Shown here: positions 1 to 11,121 of the stretch, in pieces
How positions within the stretch are numbered: position 1 is the stretch's first letter
Layout: every line of letters begins with the position of its first letter
Assembly (NCBI GenBank): GCA_029887795.1
Contig: JARXPE010000003.1
Span: 28,600 to 92,599 of the forward strand
From: Thermoproteota archaeon
GTDB lineage: Archaea > Thermoproteota > Methanomethylicia > Methanomethylicales > Methanomethylicaceae
Length of the DNA stretch: 64,000 bases
Direction: 5' to 3'
Position numbers and translations under genes: made by a program
The notes under the pieces: generated by a model
Databases searched by the model: none
The model's input: only the letters and a program-made list of their open reading frames with translations
What the model was told of the DNA's origin: nothing

Positions 1-1296
1 ACCGATATTGCGGGTATCCCCGCCAAGTTGATAGTAACGGTATCTATATCCGTCATATACATGGCGAGGGGATCTTCGACTTTTTCCCCCAGCTTAAATG
101 CAGTTGTTGGCACCGTCGGTCCGACGACCACATCAAACTCCTTAAAAAGCCTCTCAAAGTCCCTCCTTATCAGGGTCCTCACTTTGAGGGCCTTCAGATA
201 GTAGCCCTCATAATATCCGGCGGAGAGCGCGAAAGTTCCGAGGATAATTCTCCTCTTCACTTCCATACCGAAGAGGCTCCTGGTTCTGGAGTATGAGGCT
301 GACCAGTCCATCCCTTCGTCCTCCGCCCTAACTCCATACCTGATCCCGTCGTACCTAGCTAGATTCGAACTAGCCTCGGACATAGCAATCAGGTAATAGG
401 TGGGGAGCGCGTACCTAAGGGTCGGCAGTGTTGTCTCATTATACTCTCCTCCTAGGCTCTCAAGAATGTGTATACTCCTCCAAACCTCCTTCGCCACTCC
501 TTCCTCTGTCCCCTCTCCGAAAAATTCCTTTGGCACCCCGATCCTGATTCCTCTTATGTCCATATCCAGATATGATAGATAATCCTCGCGCGGCCTGTTG
601 ACGGAAGTCCCATCCATCTCATCATAACCCGCGATAATGTTCATCATCAAGGCGCAATCTCTAACATCGCGCGTCATTGGGCCTATCTGCTCTAGGCTGT
701 TTGCAAATGCCACAAGGCCGAACCTGCTCACCAGACCATACGTCGGCTTTAAGCCTACTATGCCGCAGAAACTCGCAGGGCACCTCACCGAACCTCCGGT
801 GTCTGAGCCGAGGGCTGCAGCCGCCTCCCTTGCCGCAACAGCTACAGCGCTCCCTCCGGAGGACCCTCCTGGGACTCTGGACCTATCCCATGGGTTTTTG
901 GAAGGAAAGAAGGCACTATTTTCCGTGGATGAACCCATGGCAAACTCGTCCATATTGGTCTTGCCAAGTATTACGGCCCCTGCCTCCTTTAACCTGCGGA
1001 CCACTGTAGCATCATAAGGGGGTATGTAGTCTTCGAGTAGCTTTGAACCACATGTCGTCCTCAGACCCTTTGTGCATATGTTGTCCTTGATGGCTATAGG
1101 CGCTCCGGAGAGCTTTTCCCCCACCGGTTTTCGTTCCACTCCGTTTACAGTGATATACGCATTCAGATCATCATCATACCTCTTAATCTGATCACAGTAA
1201 GCTTCAACCGCGTCCTCCCATGTGAGTTCACCTGACCTCAGAGACTCGCTTAGCTCAAATAGTGTGAGCTCTGTAATTCTCGTAAGTCTCCCCCCT
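1..1296 (-). CDS. gatA: Glu-tRNA(Gln)/Asp-tRNA(Asn) amidotransferase subunit A (GatA). Partial: runs off the window start; 5' end near 1290-1296 with no canonical in-frame start.
   Basis: Minus-strand translation from about 1290 downward reads ...[88 protein letters not shown]..., the amidase-signature N-terminus of GatA. It lies directly downstream of gatC. The frame stays open to position 1. Confidence 0.7.
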
Positions 1297-1591
1297 AAAC
1301 GATCTTCGGAGCCACAAAGAACCCATCCTTAGTCTTGGAAGCGGTGGAGAGCGCGTCCTTCTGCGAAAGAGAACCCTTCACATTATCCTCCCTAAAGACA
1401 TTAACCATCTCCACCACATGAAAGGTAGGTTCCACCTTGCTCAAATCCAACTCATCGAGCGTCTTGAACGCTTCCAATATTCTGTTCAACTGATGGGTGA
1501 TCTCTTCCTTCTCTTTTTCCTTTAGTTCTATTTTTGAGAGCCAAGCAAGCCTCTCAGTCCGCTCCATAGAGACTATCTTCAGGGTCTCCAT
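1295..1591 (-). CDS. gatC: Glu-tRNA(Gln)/Asp-tRNA(Asn) amidotransferase subunit C
   Basis: 98 aa; sequence [50 protein letters not shown]... is GatC-like in size and N-terminal helix; sits immediately upstream of gatA. Confidence 0.7.
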   Translation of the reverse strand: METLKIVSMERTERLAWLSKIELKEKEKEEITHQLNRILEAFKTLDELDLSKVEPTFHVVEMVNVFREDNVKGSLSQKDALSTASKTKDGFFVAPKIV

Positions 1592-1705
1592 CTGACATCC
1601 CAGTCTATATCTTGCCCTTTGCTTAATAAAAATGCTGCAACACCCAGATATATTGCAGTAAAATATATATTTAAGAATAATAAGTAGGAAGGTGTGGTGT
1701 CAATT

Positions 1706-3862
1706 ATGACAAAAGAACCTATTATATTGAAGGTTGCAGAGGCAAAGTCACAAAGGGACGTTGGAAGGGGTTTGGCAAGGATAAGCCGCGATGTAATGTC
1801 GCGTCTAGGCTTAAGGCCTGGCGACTTCATATCCATCACAGGACAGCGCACCACGGTGGCGCGTATATGGCCTGCATATGAAGAGGATGAAGGTCAAGAC
1901 ATTATCAGGATCGATGGCATAATCCGCCACAACGCCGGTGCCTCAACAGGCGATGCGGTGAAGGTCTCTGAGGCAGAGATAAAGCCCGCAACAAAGGTGA
2001 TCTTGGCACCCGTAGACCGAATACAGTTCAGTTCCGACTTTAATGAGTACGTGAAACATATGCTTGAGGACAAGCCAGTTAGCAAATGTGATACCGTACC
2101 AATACCCGTACTGGGGGAAGCCTTGAAGCTCGTGGTATCTTCCGTCCAACCGTCTCCTTACGCATATGTGACGCAAGACACAGAGGTGATCATAAAGGAA
2201 GAACCAATTAAGGAGACTGAGATCACTGTTCCACAGGTGACATACGAGGACATCGGCGACCTTGAAGATGCCAAGACCAAGATCAGAGAAATGATAGAGC
2301 TTCCGATGAAACATCCCGAATTATTTAAGCACTTGGGAATAGAGCCCCCTAAGGGCGTAATGTTATATGGTCCTCCGGGCTGCGGAAAGACTCTCCTTGC
2401 AAAGGCTGTTGCCAACGAGTCTGGAGCAAACTTCCTATCAATCAACGGACCAGAGATCATGAGCAAGTTCTATGGAGAGTCAGAGAGTAGACTACGGGAG
2501 ATCTTTGAGGAGGCAGAGAAGTCCGCCCCAAGCATCATTTTCATAGACGAGATCGACTCGATCGCTCCCAAGAGAGAGGAGGTTACAGGGGAAGTAGAAC
2601 GGCGTGTTGTCGCTCAACTTCTCACACTCATGGACGGCTTGAAATCGAGGGGCCAAGTGGTGGTCATTGCGGCGACAAACAGACCCGACGCTGTCGACCC
2701 TGCCCTGAGGAGACCTGGAAGGTTCGACAGAGAGATCTCAATATCTATGCCAGACAAAAAGGCACGGCGCGAGATTCTTCAGGTTCATGTCAGGGGGATG
2801 CCCCTTGAGGAAGACGTAAACATCGACGAAATCGCAGAACTCACACATGGATTTAGCGGTGCTGACCTCGCAGCCCTCGCCAGAGAAGCGGCCATGCGCG
2901 CCCTCAGGCGCTTCTTGCCCAAGATCGACCTAGAGAAGAAAACAATACCTGCAAACATACTCAAGACGCTAAAGGTAAACAGGTCGGACTTCTACGAGGC
3001 ACTAAAGGAGATAACACCATCGGCACTGCGAGAGGTTTACATCGAAGTCCCAGAAGTCCACTGGGATGACGTCGGAGGTCTTGAGGACGTGAAGAAGCAA
3101 CTCAGGGAGATGGTGGAGCTTCCAATAAAGCACCCAGAGCTATTCGAGCAGATGGGCATAACTCCGCCTAAGGGGATACTCCTCTACGGTCCGCCAGGTA
3201 CAGGTAAGACTCTACTGGCAAAGGCTGTGGCCACCGAGAGTTCTGCGAACTTCATAAGCGTAAAGGGTCCTGAGGTCCTCAGCAAATGGGTGGGCGAATC
3301 AGAGAAGGCAATAAGGGAGATCTTCAAGAAGGCTAGACAGGCATCACCTTGCATTATATTCTTTGACGAGATAGATTCAATTGCACCCGTGAGGGGCGCC
3401 AGGTATGACTCTGGTGTGACTGAGCGCATCGTAAACCAGCTATTATCCGAGATGGATGGGCTCATGTCTCTGAAGGGTGTAGTCGTGATCGCCGCCACCA
3501 ACAGACCTGACATACTAGATCCTGCTCTATTGCGACCAGGTAGATTCGATAGAACTGTCTACATACCACTTCCAGATAAAAAAGCCAGAGAGGAGATCTT
3601 CAAGGTACACACCAAAAAGATGCCGCTGGCAGAGGATGTCAACCTCTCGGTACTTGCAGAGAAGACTGAGGGTTACACTGGTGCCGACATAGAAGCCGTA
3701 TGCAGGGAAGCCGCGCTTAATGCCCTCAGGGAGGAGATGAAACCTAAGAAAGTCGAGATGCGCCACTTCGAAGCTGCCATCAAGACAGTCCCAAAAACAA
3801 TTTCGACCGGCGACCTGAAAAGATACGAAGACATGAAGACCTTAAGTAAGATGTTCAGCTGA
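1706..3862 (+). CDS. cdc48: CDC48/VCP-like AAA+ ATPase (N-domain plus two AAA cassettes)
   Basis: Two Walker A motifs (GPPGCGKT and GPPGTGKT) and two DEID Walker B motifs; the 722-aa architecture is typical of archaeal CDC48. Start placed at the ATG at 1706 behind a GGAAGGTG ribosome-binding site; the track's GTG at 1694 is the alternative. Confidence 0.9.
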   Translation: MTKEPIILKVAEAKSQRDVGRGLARISRDVMSRLGLRPGDFISITGQRTTVARIWPAYEEDEGQDIIRIDGIIRHNAGASTGDAVKVSEAEIKPATKVILAPVDRIQFSSDFNEYVKHMLEDKPVSKCDTVPIPVLGEALKLVVSSVQPSPYAYVTQDTEVIIKEEPIKETEITVPQVTYEDIGDLEDAKTKIREMIELPMKHPELFKHLGIEPPKGVMLYGPPGCGKTLLAKAVANESGANFLSINGPEIMSKFYGESESRLREIFEEAEKSAPSIIFIDEIDSIAPKREEVTGEVERRVVAQLLTLMDGLKSRGQVVVIAATNRPDAVDPALRRPGRFDREISISMPDKKARREILQVHVRGMPLEEDVNIDEIAELTHGFSGADLAALAREAAMRALRRFLPKIDLEKKTIPANILKTLKVNRSDFYEALKEITPSALREVYIEVPEVHWDDVGGLEDVKKQLREMVELPIKHPELFEQMGITPPKGILLYGPPGTGKTLLAKAVATESSANFISVKGPEVLSKWVGESEKAIREIFKKARQASPCIIFFDEIDSIAPVRGARYDSGVTERIVNQLLSEMDGLMSLKGVVVIAATNRPDILDPALLRPGRFDRTVYIPLPDKKAREEIFKVHTKKMPLAEDVNLSVLAEKTEGYTGADIEAVCREAALNALREEMKPKKVEMRHFEAAIKTVPKTISTGDLKRYEDMKTLSKMFS

Positions 3863-3946
3863 ATCGTAATAAATAAAAAGAAATTAAAATGATTTACCCT
3901 TCCTTTTTTATTCTTTATTCTTTATTTTATTCTTTATTCTTTTATC
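3863..3946. terminator. Convergent intergenic region with oligo-T/oligo-A tracts and imperfect ttattcttta tandem repeats
   Basis: Direct repeats of ttcttta / ttattcttta between the 3' ends of cdc48 (+) and the LeuA-family gene (-). T-runs resemble archaeal intrinsic terminators. Confidence 0.25.
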
Positions 3947-5488
3947 CTATGCCCTTCTTTTTCTGTAGATCCTGTTTAAGCTCTCCATCAGCGCATTTAC
4001 CGAAGCCATCACAATGTCTCCCCCGACTCCTATGCCCATTGCAGTCCTTCCCTCTCTATCCTCCACTGTGACCTCTACGGAGCATAAAGAGTCTGTCCCT
4101 CCTGAGATCGCTTCTAGCTTGTAGTTCAACAACCTTATCTCCTCCCCCAGTGCGCTTTGTATAGCCTTTGCAACAGCATCAACGGGTCCTGTCCCCACTC
4201 CGGCAGCGATCTTCTTCACGTTGTCTATGGTGATCTGAACTGAAGCGGTTGGTGTTATTTTGTTGCCTGTAATTATCAGTGCTTCCTCCAGCTTGGCTAC
4301 CCTCTCAGACTCGGGCACACTTCCGAGAACACCCTCGACTACAGCCACAACGTCGTCCTCGATTATCTTCTTTTTATGCACAGCCAGGCTCCTTACTCTC
4401 TCCACCACTTCCTTTATCTGATCTTCAGTAAGATTGAACTTCTCCTTAACGAATGATGCGACAGCATGCTTTCCTGTATGTTTGCCCATTACTATCCTCC
4501 TGCGCTGGCCGACCATCTCTGGGGTGAGGGGCTCATAACTCTCCGCCTTCGCCAGGACTCCATGAACATGGATTCCTGCCTCATGGGCAAAGGCATTGTC
4601 TCCCACAATTGGGAAATTTGGCATCAGCTTTATCATGCTATACTTCTCAACAAGCCTAGAAGTCTCCTTCAAGAGATTAAGCCTTATGCCCGTCTTCACG
4701 TGGTACATAGCGGTCAGCGCCGCTACGGTCTGCTCCACGCTCGCGTTGCCGCCTCTCTCCCCTAGTCCGTTGACCGTGGTGTGAACCTGCGCCGCCCCTG
4801 CCTTTACCCCTGCCAAAGTATTTGCCACTGCCATGCCAAAGTCATTATGACAGTGCACCGATATGGGCTTCTTTAATTCCTTTTTAAGTGTGGATATGAG
4901 GTGGTACATGGCCTCGGGCTCCATGACACCCACAGTATCGGGCACGTTATGTATATCGGCACCATGCTCTTCTACGCTCTTGTAAAATTTTATCAGCCTC
5001 TCCACCGGGGTTCTTGTGGCATCCTCGCAGGAAAACTCACACTCAAGCCCGTGAGCCTTCACGTATTCTGTCGCCGCTATGGCCTGTTCCAATGCCTTGC
5101 TCTCGTCCATTCTTAACTTGTATTTCAAATGTGTGTCTGAGGTTGCTATAAATATGTGAACCCTATCAACATTAGCCTTAATGCAAGCATCAATGTCTGC
5201 CGTAACACACCTTGCGAGTCCGCAGACTTTTGCCTTCAAACCACTCTCTTTTATCTTTTTTACCGTCTCGGTCTCCTCTTCTGAATTGACTGGGAATCCT
5301 CCCTCTATGACATCAACACCAAGCTCATCAAGTTTCTTGGCGATCTCCACTTTTTCATCTGGTGTGAAGCAAACTCCAGGAGTTTGCTCCCCGTCCCGGA
5401 GAGTTGTATCGAATACATAAACTCTTTCCGGAAATTTTGCCCTCTCCCTTATAGGTCTGATAAGGTCACTGACAAAGACCCCTTCCAT
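3947..5488 (-). CDS. 2-isopropylmalate / (R)-citramalate / homocitrate synthase family (LeuA/CimA) with C-terminal regulatory domain
   Basis: FDTTLRDGEQ motif and HxH(N)D metal ligands (HCHNDFGMAVANTLAGVKAGA); 513 aa with a LeuA-dimer-like C-terminus. Confidence 0.8.
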   Translation of the reverse strand: MEGVFVSDLIRPIRERAKFPERVYVFDTTLRDGEQTPGVCFTPDEKVEIAKKLDELGVDVIEGGFPVNSEEETETVKKIKESGLKAKVCGLARCVTADIDACIKANVDRVHIFIATSDTHLKYKLRMDESKALEQAIAATEYVKAHGLECEFSCEDATRTPVERLIKFYKSVEEHGADIHNVPDTVGVMEPEAMYHLISTLKKELKKPISVHCHNDFGMAVANTLAGVKAGAAQVHTTVNGLGERGGNASVEQTVAALTAMYHVKTGIRLNLLKETSRLVEKYSMIKLMPNFPIVGDNAFAHEAGIHVHGVLAKAESYEPLTPEMVGQRRRIVMGKHTGKHAVASFVKEKFNLTEDQIKEVVERVRSLAVHKKKIIEDDVVAVVEGVLGSVPESERVAKLEEALIITGNKITPTASVQITIDNVKKIAAGVGTGPVDAVAKAIQSALGEEIRLLNYKLEAISGGTDSLCSVEVTVEDREGRTAMGIGVGGDIVMASVNALMESLNRIYRKRRA

Positions 5489-5622
5489 AAACTAACACCG
5501 AGATCATAAGATAACTAGCACCCCACTTATAAAGATCGGTGCAAATTTGCGACGGTTCTTGGTATATAAAGATTTTAGATAAGGATTTTAACTCGATTAA
5601 CCATGATCGTAGTGGTGGTATT

Positions 5623-5988
5623 ATGAAGAAGGAATTGTCCGAAAAATTTAAGAAAAAAATGGGCTTCACGCCCACAATAATGGAAATTGCCACAGAGTTA
5701 GACCCGAAGCTCATCACATTTTATGACTTCTGCGACTCGACTATACAGGATGACAGTGCATTACCATCTAAGATAAAGATGCTTATTATAATGGCTATGG
5801 GCGCACAACGCCACTGCAAGGAGTGTGTAGTCTCTGCAATGCGCGGTGCATACAAAAAAGGAGCGACGGAGGCTGAGATTTTAGACACCATAAGATGCAT
5901 CGCAGTTGCTGGTGGCGCTCCAGCACTTTCTGCATGCAAAGAGGCCCTTCAACTTCTCAAAGATAAGAAATTGGCTGAAGGGTGCTGA
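5623..5988 (+). CDS. Carboxymuconolactone decarboxylase (AhpD-like) family protein
   Basis: About 120 aa; motif HCKECVVSAMRGAYKKGATEAEILDTIRCIAVAGGAPAL is typical of the CMD/AhpD fold. Start moved to the internal ATG at 5623. Confidence 0.55.
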   Translation: MKKELSEKFKKKMGFTPTIMEIATELDPKLITFYDFCDSTIQDDSALPSKIKMLIIMAMGAQRHCKECVVSAMRGAYKKGATEAEILDTIRCIAVAGGAPALSACKEALQLLKDKKLAEGC

Positions 5989-6121
5989 CCTACCCCCATC
6001 TAATATTAGAATAACACTCTAAATTCAAATCTTGAAGGGATGAAAATATCATCGATCAGGCTATCGAGATTAATTACACCACGGCTAATTTAAATGGAAG
6101 GTTTTTTGGAGGCTTTATGCC

Positions 6122-6682
6122 TCACTCCTCATAGAGCACTCCTATATCCTTTAATTTCTGGTGAATTTTTTCCACCGCTATTTTTACTTCATCTTCATGC
6201 TTTGCCCCAGTGCAAACCATCTTTCCAGAAGAGAATATCAAAAGCACTACCTTTGGCTCACTCATTCGGTAAATGAGCCCCGGAAACTGCTCCGGCTCAT
6301 ACATTACATTTTCCAGCAAGAATGCTGCCTTCTCCAAGTTGACTTCCGCATTCAGATTAGCAGAGGCCACAATATTCTGAATCTGGATCTCTGGCGTACC
6401 TATGATCACAATATTTCTATCCTTGAGGTTCTTGATGATCTTCTTGACCGCATTGTGGACCTCCTTCTCGGATTTTGCCCCGGTGCATACCATCTTGCCC
6501 GAGGAGAATATTAGTGTGGCAGTCCTCGGCTTTGATAGCCTATAGACAAGCCCAGGAAATTGCTCAGGATTATACTCCACACCGGGCACGTTCCCAGAGA
6601 TAGCGTCCAAGTCGATATTCTGGTTCATTGTTACGGATGCCACGACATTTTCTATTCGAACAGAAGGTTTTAACACAATCAT
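6122..6682 (-). CDS. tbp: TATA-box binding protein
   Basis: Two direct repeats, each with [10 protein letters not shown].....[16 protein letters not shown]; 186 aa. Confidence 0.9.
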   Translation of the reverse strand: MIVLKPSVRIENVVASVTMNQNIDLDAISGNVPGVEYNPEQFPGLVYRLSKPRTATLIFSSGKMVCTGAKSEKEVHNAVKKIIKNLKDRNIVIIGTPEIQIQNIVASANLNAEVNLEKAAFLLENVMYEPEQFPGLIYRMSEPKVVLLIFSSGKMVCTGAKHEDEVKIAVEKIHQKLKDIGVLYEE

Positions 6683-6707
6683 TCGCTCCGAAAAATTAAT
6701 TTATATT

Positions 6708-7313
6708 TTAAAAAACTTTGCCGTCATTTATAAAGCTTTTTTGTTTCTGATCTAAAGAACCAAAAAGATAGAATCTGGAGGGCAATATTATCAATATAAT
6801 CAAGACTAGCAATATCCCCAAAACTACCAGGGGGTTCTTTATCCATATGAAAGGATACCCAAGGTATGGGACATACCAGACAACCTTCCCTATCACTCTG
6901 TCTTCTGGCACCCAGCTCCTCGGATTGTATGGGTTCTCATCAGGGTAGGCGTTCGCGTCCCCCTTCGTAAGTATGTAGTACTTTCCATTTATCTCCTCCT
7001 TATCTATTGCTCTATGTGACCAAGGAACTGGGTCATATACAGCAAATAAGAAATAATCAGTGATCTTCGTTTCTGGAAAGTAAAAGACTATAACGTCCCC
7101 AACAGGCCTATCACCTGCAACTATCTCCTCACCAGAGACCTTTTGTATGAACAAGAGCGAGCCGGTTGGTATGGTCGGCTCCATACTCCCGGACATAACA
7201 GCGGCGAACGGCATATTAGTTCCAGAGACTGCCCTTGCAACTCCACTGAATCCAAATATGAAAATTAGAAAAACAAAAAGTGCCTTAAGAAAGAACTTGC
7301 TGTCTTTTGACAT
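6708..7313 (-). CDS. Archaeal signal peptidase I (S26/Sec11-like)
   Basis: N-terminal transmembrane segment; SGSMEPT catalytic-Ser motif; TKGDAN box; C-terminal transmembrane segment. Confidence 0.7.
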   Translation of the reverse strand: MSKDSKFFLKALFVFLIFIFGFSGVARAVSGTNMPFAAVMSGSMEPTIPTGSLLFIQKVSGEEIVAGDRPVGDVIVFYFPETKITDYFLFAVYDPVPWSHRAIDKEEINGKYYILTKGDANAYPDENPYNPRSWVPEDRVIGKVVWYVPYLGYPFIWIKNPLVVLGILLVLIILIILPSRFYLFGSLDQKQKSFINDGKVF

Positions 7314-7320
7314 GTTCCAT

Positions 7321-8241
7321 CTACTGCCTCACAGGTCCCATCCCAAACTTTATTGCTAGCTTGTCCGCCCTTTCCTGAATCCTCCTAACCTCTTCCTCAG
7401 TGATGTGTTTGAATCTCCCCTGCATCTCCAAGTATTTTTTCACGGGCTCCCTCTTGGGAACTGGAACTGTCAGCCTCGTAACACCATTCTCCACCTCGTA
7501 GAGCGGCCAAAGACCTGTCAAAACAGCCATCTTTCCCAGCTCAATCCCCATGCTTATGTCGAACCTCCAGCCAGTAGGACAGGGAGTCAGAATATGGAGT
7601 AGCGCTGGTCCCTCAACTTCCAACCCCTTTTTAACCTTATTCATTAAATCGATCGGATAAGAGGGGCAAGCGGTGGCCGCGTAGGGAATATCATGCGCAA
7701 CCGCAATGCCAACCAGATCTTTTTTCTGCGTCCTCTGGCCTATGGATCTCTTGCCCGGCGGAGATGTTGTCGTCGCTGCACAGTAGGGGGTCGCCGAGCT
7801 CCTCTGTATTCCTGTATTCATATATGCCTCATTGTCATAACATATGTACAAAAAGTCGTGTCCTCTTTCCATCGCTCCACTTAGCGCCTGAATACCAATA
7901 TCGAACGTGCCACCGTCTCCCCCTATAGCTATGACGTGGGGGTTCTCATCTGACTTTTTCTTTCTTCTCAATGCCTTCATAGCACTCTCTATTCCGGATG
8001 CCAATGCCGCAGTGTTCTCAAAACCGAGATGAACCCAAGGCACTCTCCATGCTGTCTGCGGAAAATATGATGTTGCCACCTCGAGGCAGCCTGTCGCAGT
8101 AGTAACAATGATGTTTCTTCCGGCGGCCTTCAGCACTTGCCTTATTGCCGTTGCCGCCGTGCATCCTGCGCATAGCCTGTGACCTGGTGCCAAAAGCTCA
8201 TCTCTTGGAACTTCCTTAATAGATCTAAACATAGCACTCAT
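7321..8241 (-). CDS. porB: 2-oxoacid (pyruvate):ferredoxin oxidoreductase beta subunit (TPP-binding)
   Basis: CAGCTAATAIRQV and GGDGG..DIG TPP-binding motifs; adjacent to porA/D/G. Confidence 0.85.
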   Translation of the reverse strand: MSAMFRSIKEVPRDELLAPGHRLCAGCTAATAIRQVLKAAGRNIIVTTATGCLEVATSYFPQTAWRVPWVHLGFENTAALASGIESAMKALRRKKKSDENPHVIAIGGDGGTFDIGIQALSGAMERGHDFLYICYDNEAYMNTGIQRSSATPYCAATTTSPPGKRSIGQRTQKKDLVGIAVAHDIPYAATACPSYPIDLMNKVKKGLEVEGPALLHILTPCPTGWRFDISMGIELGKMAVLTGLWPLYEVENGVTRLTVPVPKREPVKKYLEMQGRFKHITEEEVRRIQERADKLAIKFGMGPVRQ

Positions 8242-8260
8242 AAAATCGCCCCTTTTTTGT

Positions 8261-9427
8261 TCACTCTCTTAAACCCACATACACACATGGTCTTGGTCTG
8301 CCCTCCTTCACGACATCTTTCACCAAACCGAACATCGCCTTAAAATCATCTGCCGTAACATCCCTCCCACCTAACCCAGCTACGAAGCTCTGAAGGAGTG
8401 GCCTTCTGGTAATATCGTACAATGCTGTTGCAATTTCTGCGAAGAGTGGATTGGAAGGACCTCCAGGGGTCAAGGCTCTGTCCATTACGCCCACCCCTTT
8501 CGCATCCTCAAGGATCGAAACTATGTCCTCCTTGGGGAAGGGTCTAAAGCACCTAATTGAGACAACGCCAACCCTCTCCCCCTCCTTCCTTAGCCCATTC
8601 GCTACGGCTCTAGCGGTCCCCGTGAGCGCGCCCATAGTCACTAAGGCGTACTCAGCATCTTCCATCATGTACGCATCCACAAACCTATACTCTCTTCCAA
8701 ACCGACTACAAAACTCTTTATTGACTTCTTTAATCTTCTTACGACTATTCTCTATAGCATCCACCACCTGGTATTTCATTTCGTAATATATCTCCGGTGG
8801 ACCTACAACCCCTATGCTATAGGCAAATTTTGGCGAGACTCTATTGACCATAGGCTTTGAAGGCACAAATTCCTTTACCAAACTCTCGTCTGGTAATATA
8901 ACTGGCTCGTATGTATGACTTAGTATAAATCCATCTAGATTTACCATGACTGGCAATAATACCTCTTCCGCAATCTTAAATGCCTCTAAAGTCGCATCAA
9001 AAGCCTCCTGTGCTGAGGTTGTCCACAATTGTATCCATCCCGCATCCCTCTCTGCCATGGCGTCAGAATGATCATTCCATATGTTAAGTGGAGCAGAGAG
9101 TGCCCTGTTGACATTAGCCATAACTATCGGCGTCCTCAGCCCAGAGGCCATAAATAAAACCTCATGCATGTATGCTAAGCCTTGTGAAGATGTTGCGGTG
9201 AAAACTCTGGCACCCGTTAGCGAAGCCCCAACACATGCGCTTAGGGCAGAATGCTCCGACTCAACGTTAATGTACTCAGCCTCCAACTCTCCATTAGCCA
9301 CAAATTCCGAGAGCTTCTCAACAATTGTCGTCTGTGGTGTTATGGGATAGGCTGCTATTACATCCACGTCCGCCATCTTAGCTGCATAAGCCACCGCGTA
9401 ATTTCCAGACAGTCCAACCCTCTTCAA
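8261..9427 (-). CDS. porA: 2-oxoacid (pyruvate):ferredoxin oxidoreductase alpha subunit
   Basis: GNYAVAYAA...AYPITPQT N-terminus typical of PorA. Start placed at the TTG (MKRVGLSG) just after the porD stop; the track's ATG at 9490 would overlap porD by 60 nt. Confidence 0.8.
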   Translation of the reverse strand: MKRVGLSGNYAVAYAAKMADVDVIAAYPITPQTTIVEKLSEFVANGELEAEYINVESEHSALSACVGASLTGARVFTATSSQGLAYMHEVLFMASGLRTPIVMANVNRALSAPLNIWNDHSDAMAERDAGWIQLWTTSAQEAFDATLEAFKIAEEVLLPVMVNLDGFILSHTYEPVILPDESLVKEFVPSKPMVNRVSPKFAYSIGVVGPPEIYYEMKYQVVDAIENSRKKIKEVNKEFCSRFGREYRFVDAYMMEDAEYALVTMGALTGTARAVANGLRKEGERVGVVSIRCFRPFPKEDIVSILEDAKGVGVMDRALTPGGPSNPLFAEIATALYDITRRPLLQSFVAGLGGRDVTADDFKAMFGLVKDVVKEGRPRPCVYVGLRE

Positions 9428-9429
9428 GC

Positions 9430-9711
9430 TTAACCCTCCTTGACCATAGTAATCGCCTTGACAGCACACGCTCTTTGGCAGATCCCACAACCCTTGCAGA
9501 AAGACAGGTCAACATCATAGGTTCCATCATCATTTATCTTTATCGCACCCTCTGGACAAAAGATCCAGCACATTCCGCACTTCGTACACTTCCTCTTATC
9601 AAAGACTGGTCTGAAAGTCCTCCAAGCGGTTACATCAAATTCTACCGAACTTCCTGGCTCCACAATGGTTCCACCAATGGGTATCTCTTTCCATCCCTTT
9701 GTTTTGCTCAC
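9430..9711 (-). CDS. porD: 2-oxoacid:ferredoxin oxidoreductase delta subunit (2x[4Fe-4S] ferredoxin)
   Basis: CTKCGMCWIFCPEGA and CKGCGICQRACAVKA motifs. Confidence 0.85.
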   Translation of the reverse strand: MSKTKGWKEIPIGGTIVEPGSSVEFDVTAWRTFRPVFDKRKCTKCGMCWIFCPEGAIKINDDGTYDVDLSFCKGCGICQRACAVKAITMVKEG

Positions 9712-10271
9712 CAGTGCCCCTCCCTATCAAATATTTTGGTCTGTGCAAATGCTGCTCTCACTGCTGCGACATTTCTTTCGGCATATGCCTTAAACCTCTC
9801 CCTTATGACCTCCTCAACGCTCTCCGGTTTGACGACCCCCGTTGCTCTGACCAACGCGCCCAAAATAGCCGTATTTGTGACCGGCGTGCCCAACTCTTTA
9901 ATGGCAATTCCTGTGGCGTCTACAGTTGCTACCCTCCGTGCATTGGGAAATTTTCCTGCGTATTTTTCTGGTCCATAAGCAGAATTCAGCACAATGATGC
10001 CTCCCTTCTTTAACCCTTCGCCTATGTCGTCTCCCTCCGATAAATGATGGTCTAGTACTACCACAACGTCGGGCTCGTATATTTGCGTCCTGATCAATAT
10101 CTCTTTATCATCTATGCGAGTAAACGCCAGTACAGGCGCTCCCCTCCTCTCAGGACCAAACGAGGCAAATGCTTGGGAGAATTTCCCTTCATTTATTGCC
10201 GCTGTGGCCAGGATCTCTGCAGCAGTTACCGAGCCTTGTCCTCCTCTACCGTGCCATCTTATCTCCAGCAT
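9708..10271 (-). CDS. porG: 2-oxoacid:ferredoxin oxidoreductase gamma subunit
   Basis: EIRWHGRGGQGSVTAAEILA N-terminus is typical of the POR gamma subunit; 4-nt overlap with porD. Confidence 0.85.
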   Translation of the reverse strand: MLEIRWHGRGGQGSVTAAEILATAAINEGKFSQAFASFGPERRGAPVLAFTRIDDKEILIRTQIYEPDVVVVLDHHLSEGDDIGEGLKKGGIIVLNSAYGPEKYAGKFPNARRVATVDATGIAIKELGTPVTNTAILGALVRATGVVKPESVEEVIRERFKAYAERNVAAVRAAFAQTKIFDREGHW

Positions 10272-10348
10272 CTACTTGCACCCGGATTGTACCAATTATT
10301 TTAAGCCACGTCCTTTAAAAATATACTCTCTGACTATAGGATGCGTTA

Positions 10349-10813
10349 ATGATAAATATTCTGCTCCCACATAGCCATTTTGGGGTTATCGCATTGCAAG
10401 ATGTACTAGCTATAATAAAGCAATACCTCGACGATGGTAAGGGCTTTGAGCTTGGGTTCGAGGGTGATACTCCGGTTCTCAGTGATGTAAAGGGGATCTC
10501 AAAACTCGAAATATCAAAAGGCGAGATGAGAGGTTTACCCATAAGAAAAGGCGGAAAGAAAAAAATCTTGGAAGATCAGAAATCTATAATCCTGAATGCA
10601 TCAAGGGTTCTAATTGACAATAAAGTGCCTTTCAAAGTGACAGTCGGATCCAAAGAAGCCACAATTCGCTTTGACCTTGATCACTATGTACATATGTATC
10701 CGGATCGATGTGTAGTTGTTGGTTTCAACAATCTCGATGAGCGCCCACTTTCCTTCATAAAAGAGTACCTTTCAAATTATCCAAATTTGAAACTTCTGAC
10801 ACCCAAGAGGTAA
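10349..10813 (+). CDS. Hypothetical protein
   Basis: 154-aa ORF with no recognisable motif. Confidence 0.35.
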   Translation: MINILLPHSHFGVIALQDVLAIIKQYLDDGKGFELGFEGDTPVLSDVKGISKLEISKGEMRGLPIRKGGKKKILEDQKSIILNASRVLIDNKVPFKVTVGSKEATIRFDLDHYVHMYPDRCVVVGFNNLDERPLSFIKEYLSNYPNLKLLTPKR

Positions 10814-10819
10814 AAATAA

Positions 10820-11011
10820 ATGAAAAAAATTTCAGCGATCCTATTCAGCATTTCACTTATATTGCTGTTCTCACCAACTTTCGTTTATTACCTGATGAGG
10901 GAGGCAATAAGTTCGACCCGATACCTGCTTCTCTTGAGCATTGCGCCATTTATATTAGGCATCATTATTTCACTAATCTCTAAGAAGTTGGACACTGGCG
11001 AGTCCACCTGA
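10820..11011 (+). CDS. Small predicted membrane protein (two transmembrane helices)
   Basis: Two hydrophobic segments; 7 nt downstream of the previous ORF. Confidence 0.3.
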   Translation: MKKISAILFSISLILLFSPTFVYYLMREAISSTRYLLLLSIAPFILGIIISLISKKLDTGEST

Positions 11012-11121
11012 AACCGTAACGGTGAGTGCATTCAAGGATCCCGCTGAACTAACAATTCTGCTCTACGAGATAAACTCGGACTATGGGACAACAGAATCTC
11101 AACATTCAGCTTTTTCCCCAA

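Noticed and set aside
400-1017. Plus-strand ORFs of 60-126 aa at the window start
   Set aside because: They are antisense to the continuous GatA reading frame and have no motifs.
1579-1854. 91-aa minus-strand ORF overlapping the gatC/cdc48 intergenic region and the cdc48 start
   Set aside because: It overlaps a strongly supported gene and promoter region; low-complexity translation.
1894-3766. Several minus-strand ORFs (63-123 aa) inside cdc48
   Set aside because: Antisense shadows of a highly conserved AAA ATPase gene.
3889-4071. 60-aa plus ORF over the ttcttta repeat tract
   Set aside because: Its translation is pure low-complexity text from the T-rich terminator/repeat region and overlaps the LeuA-family 3' end.
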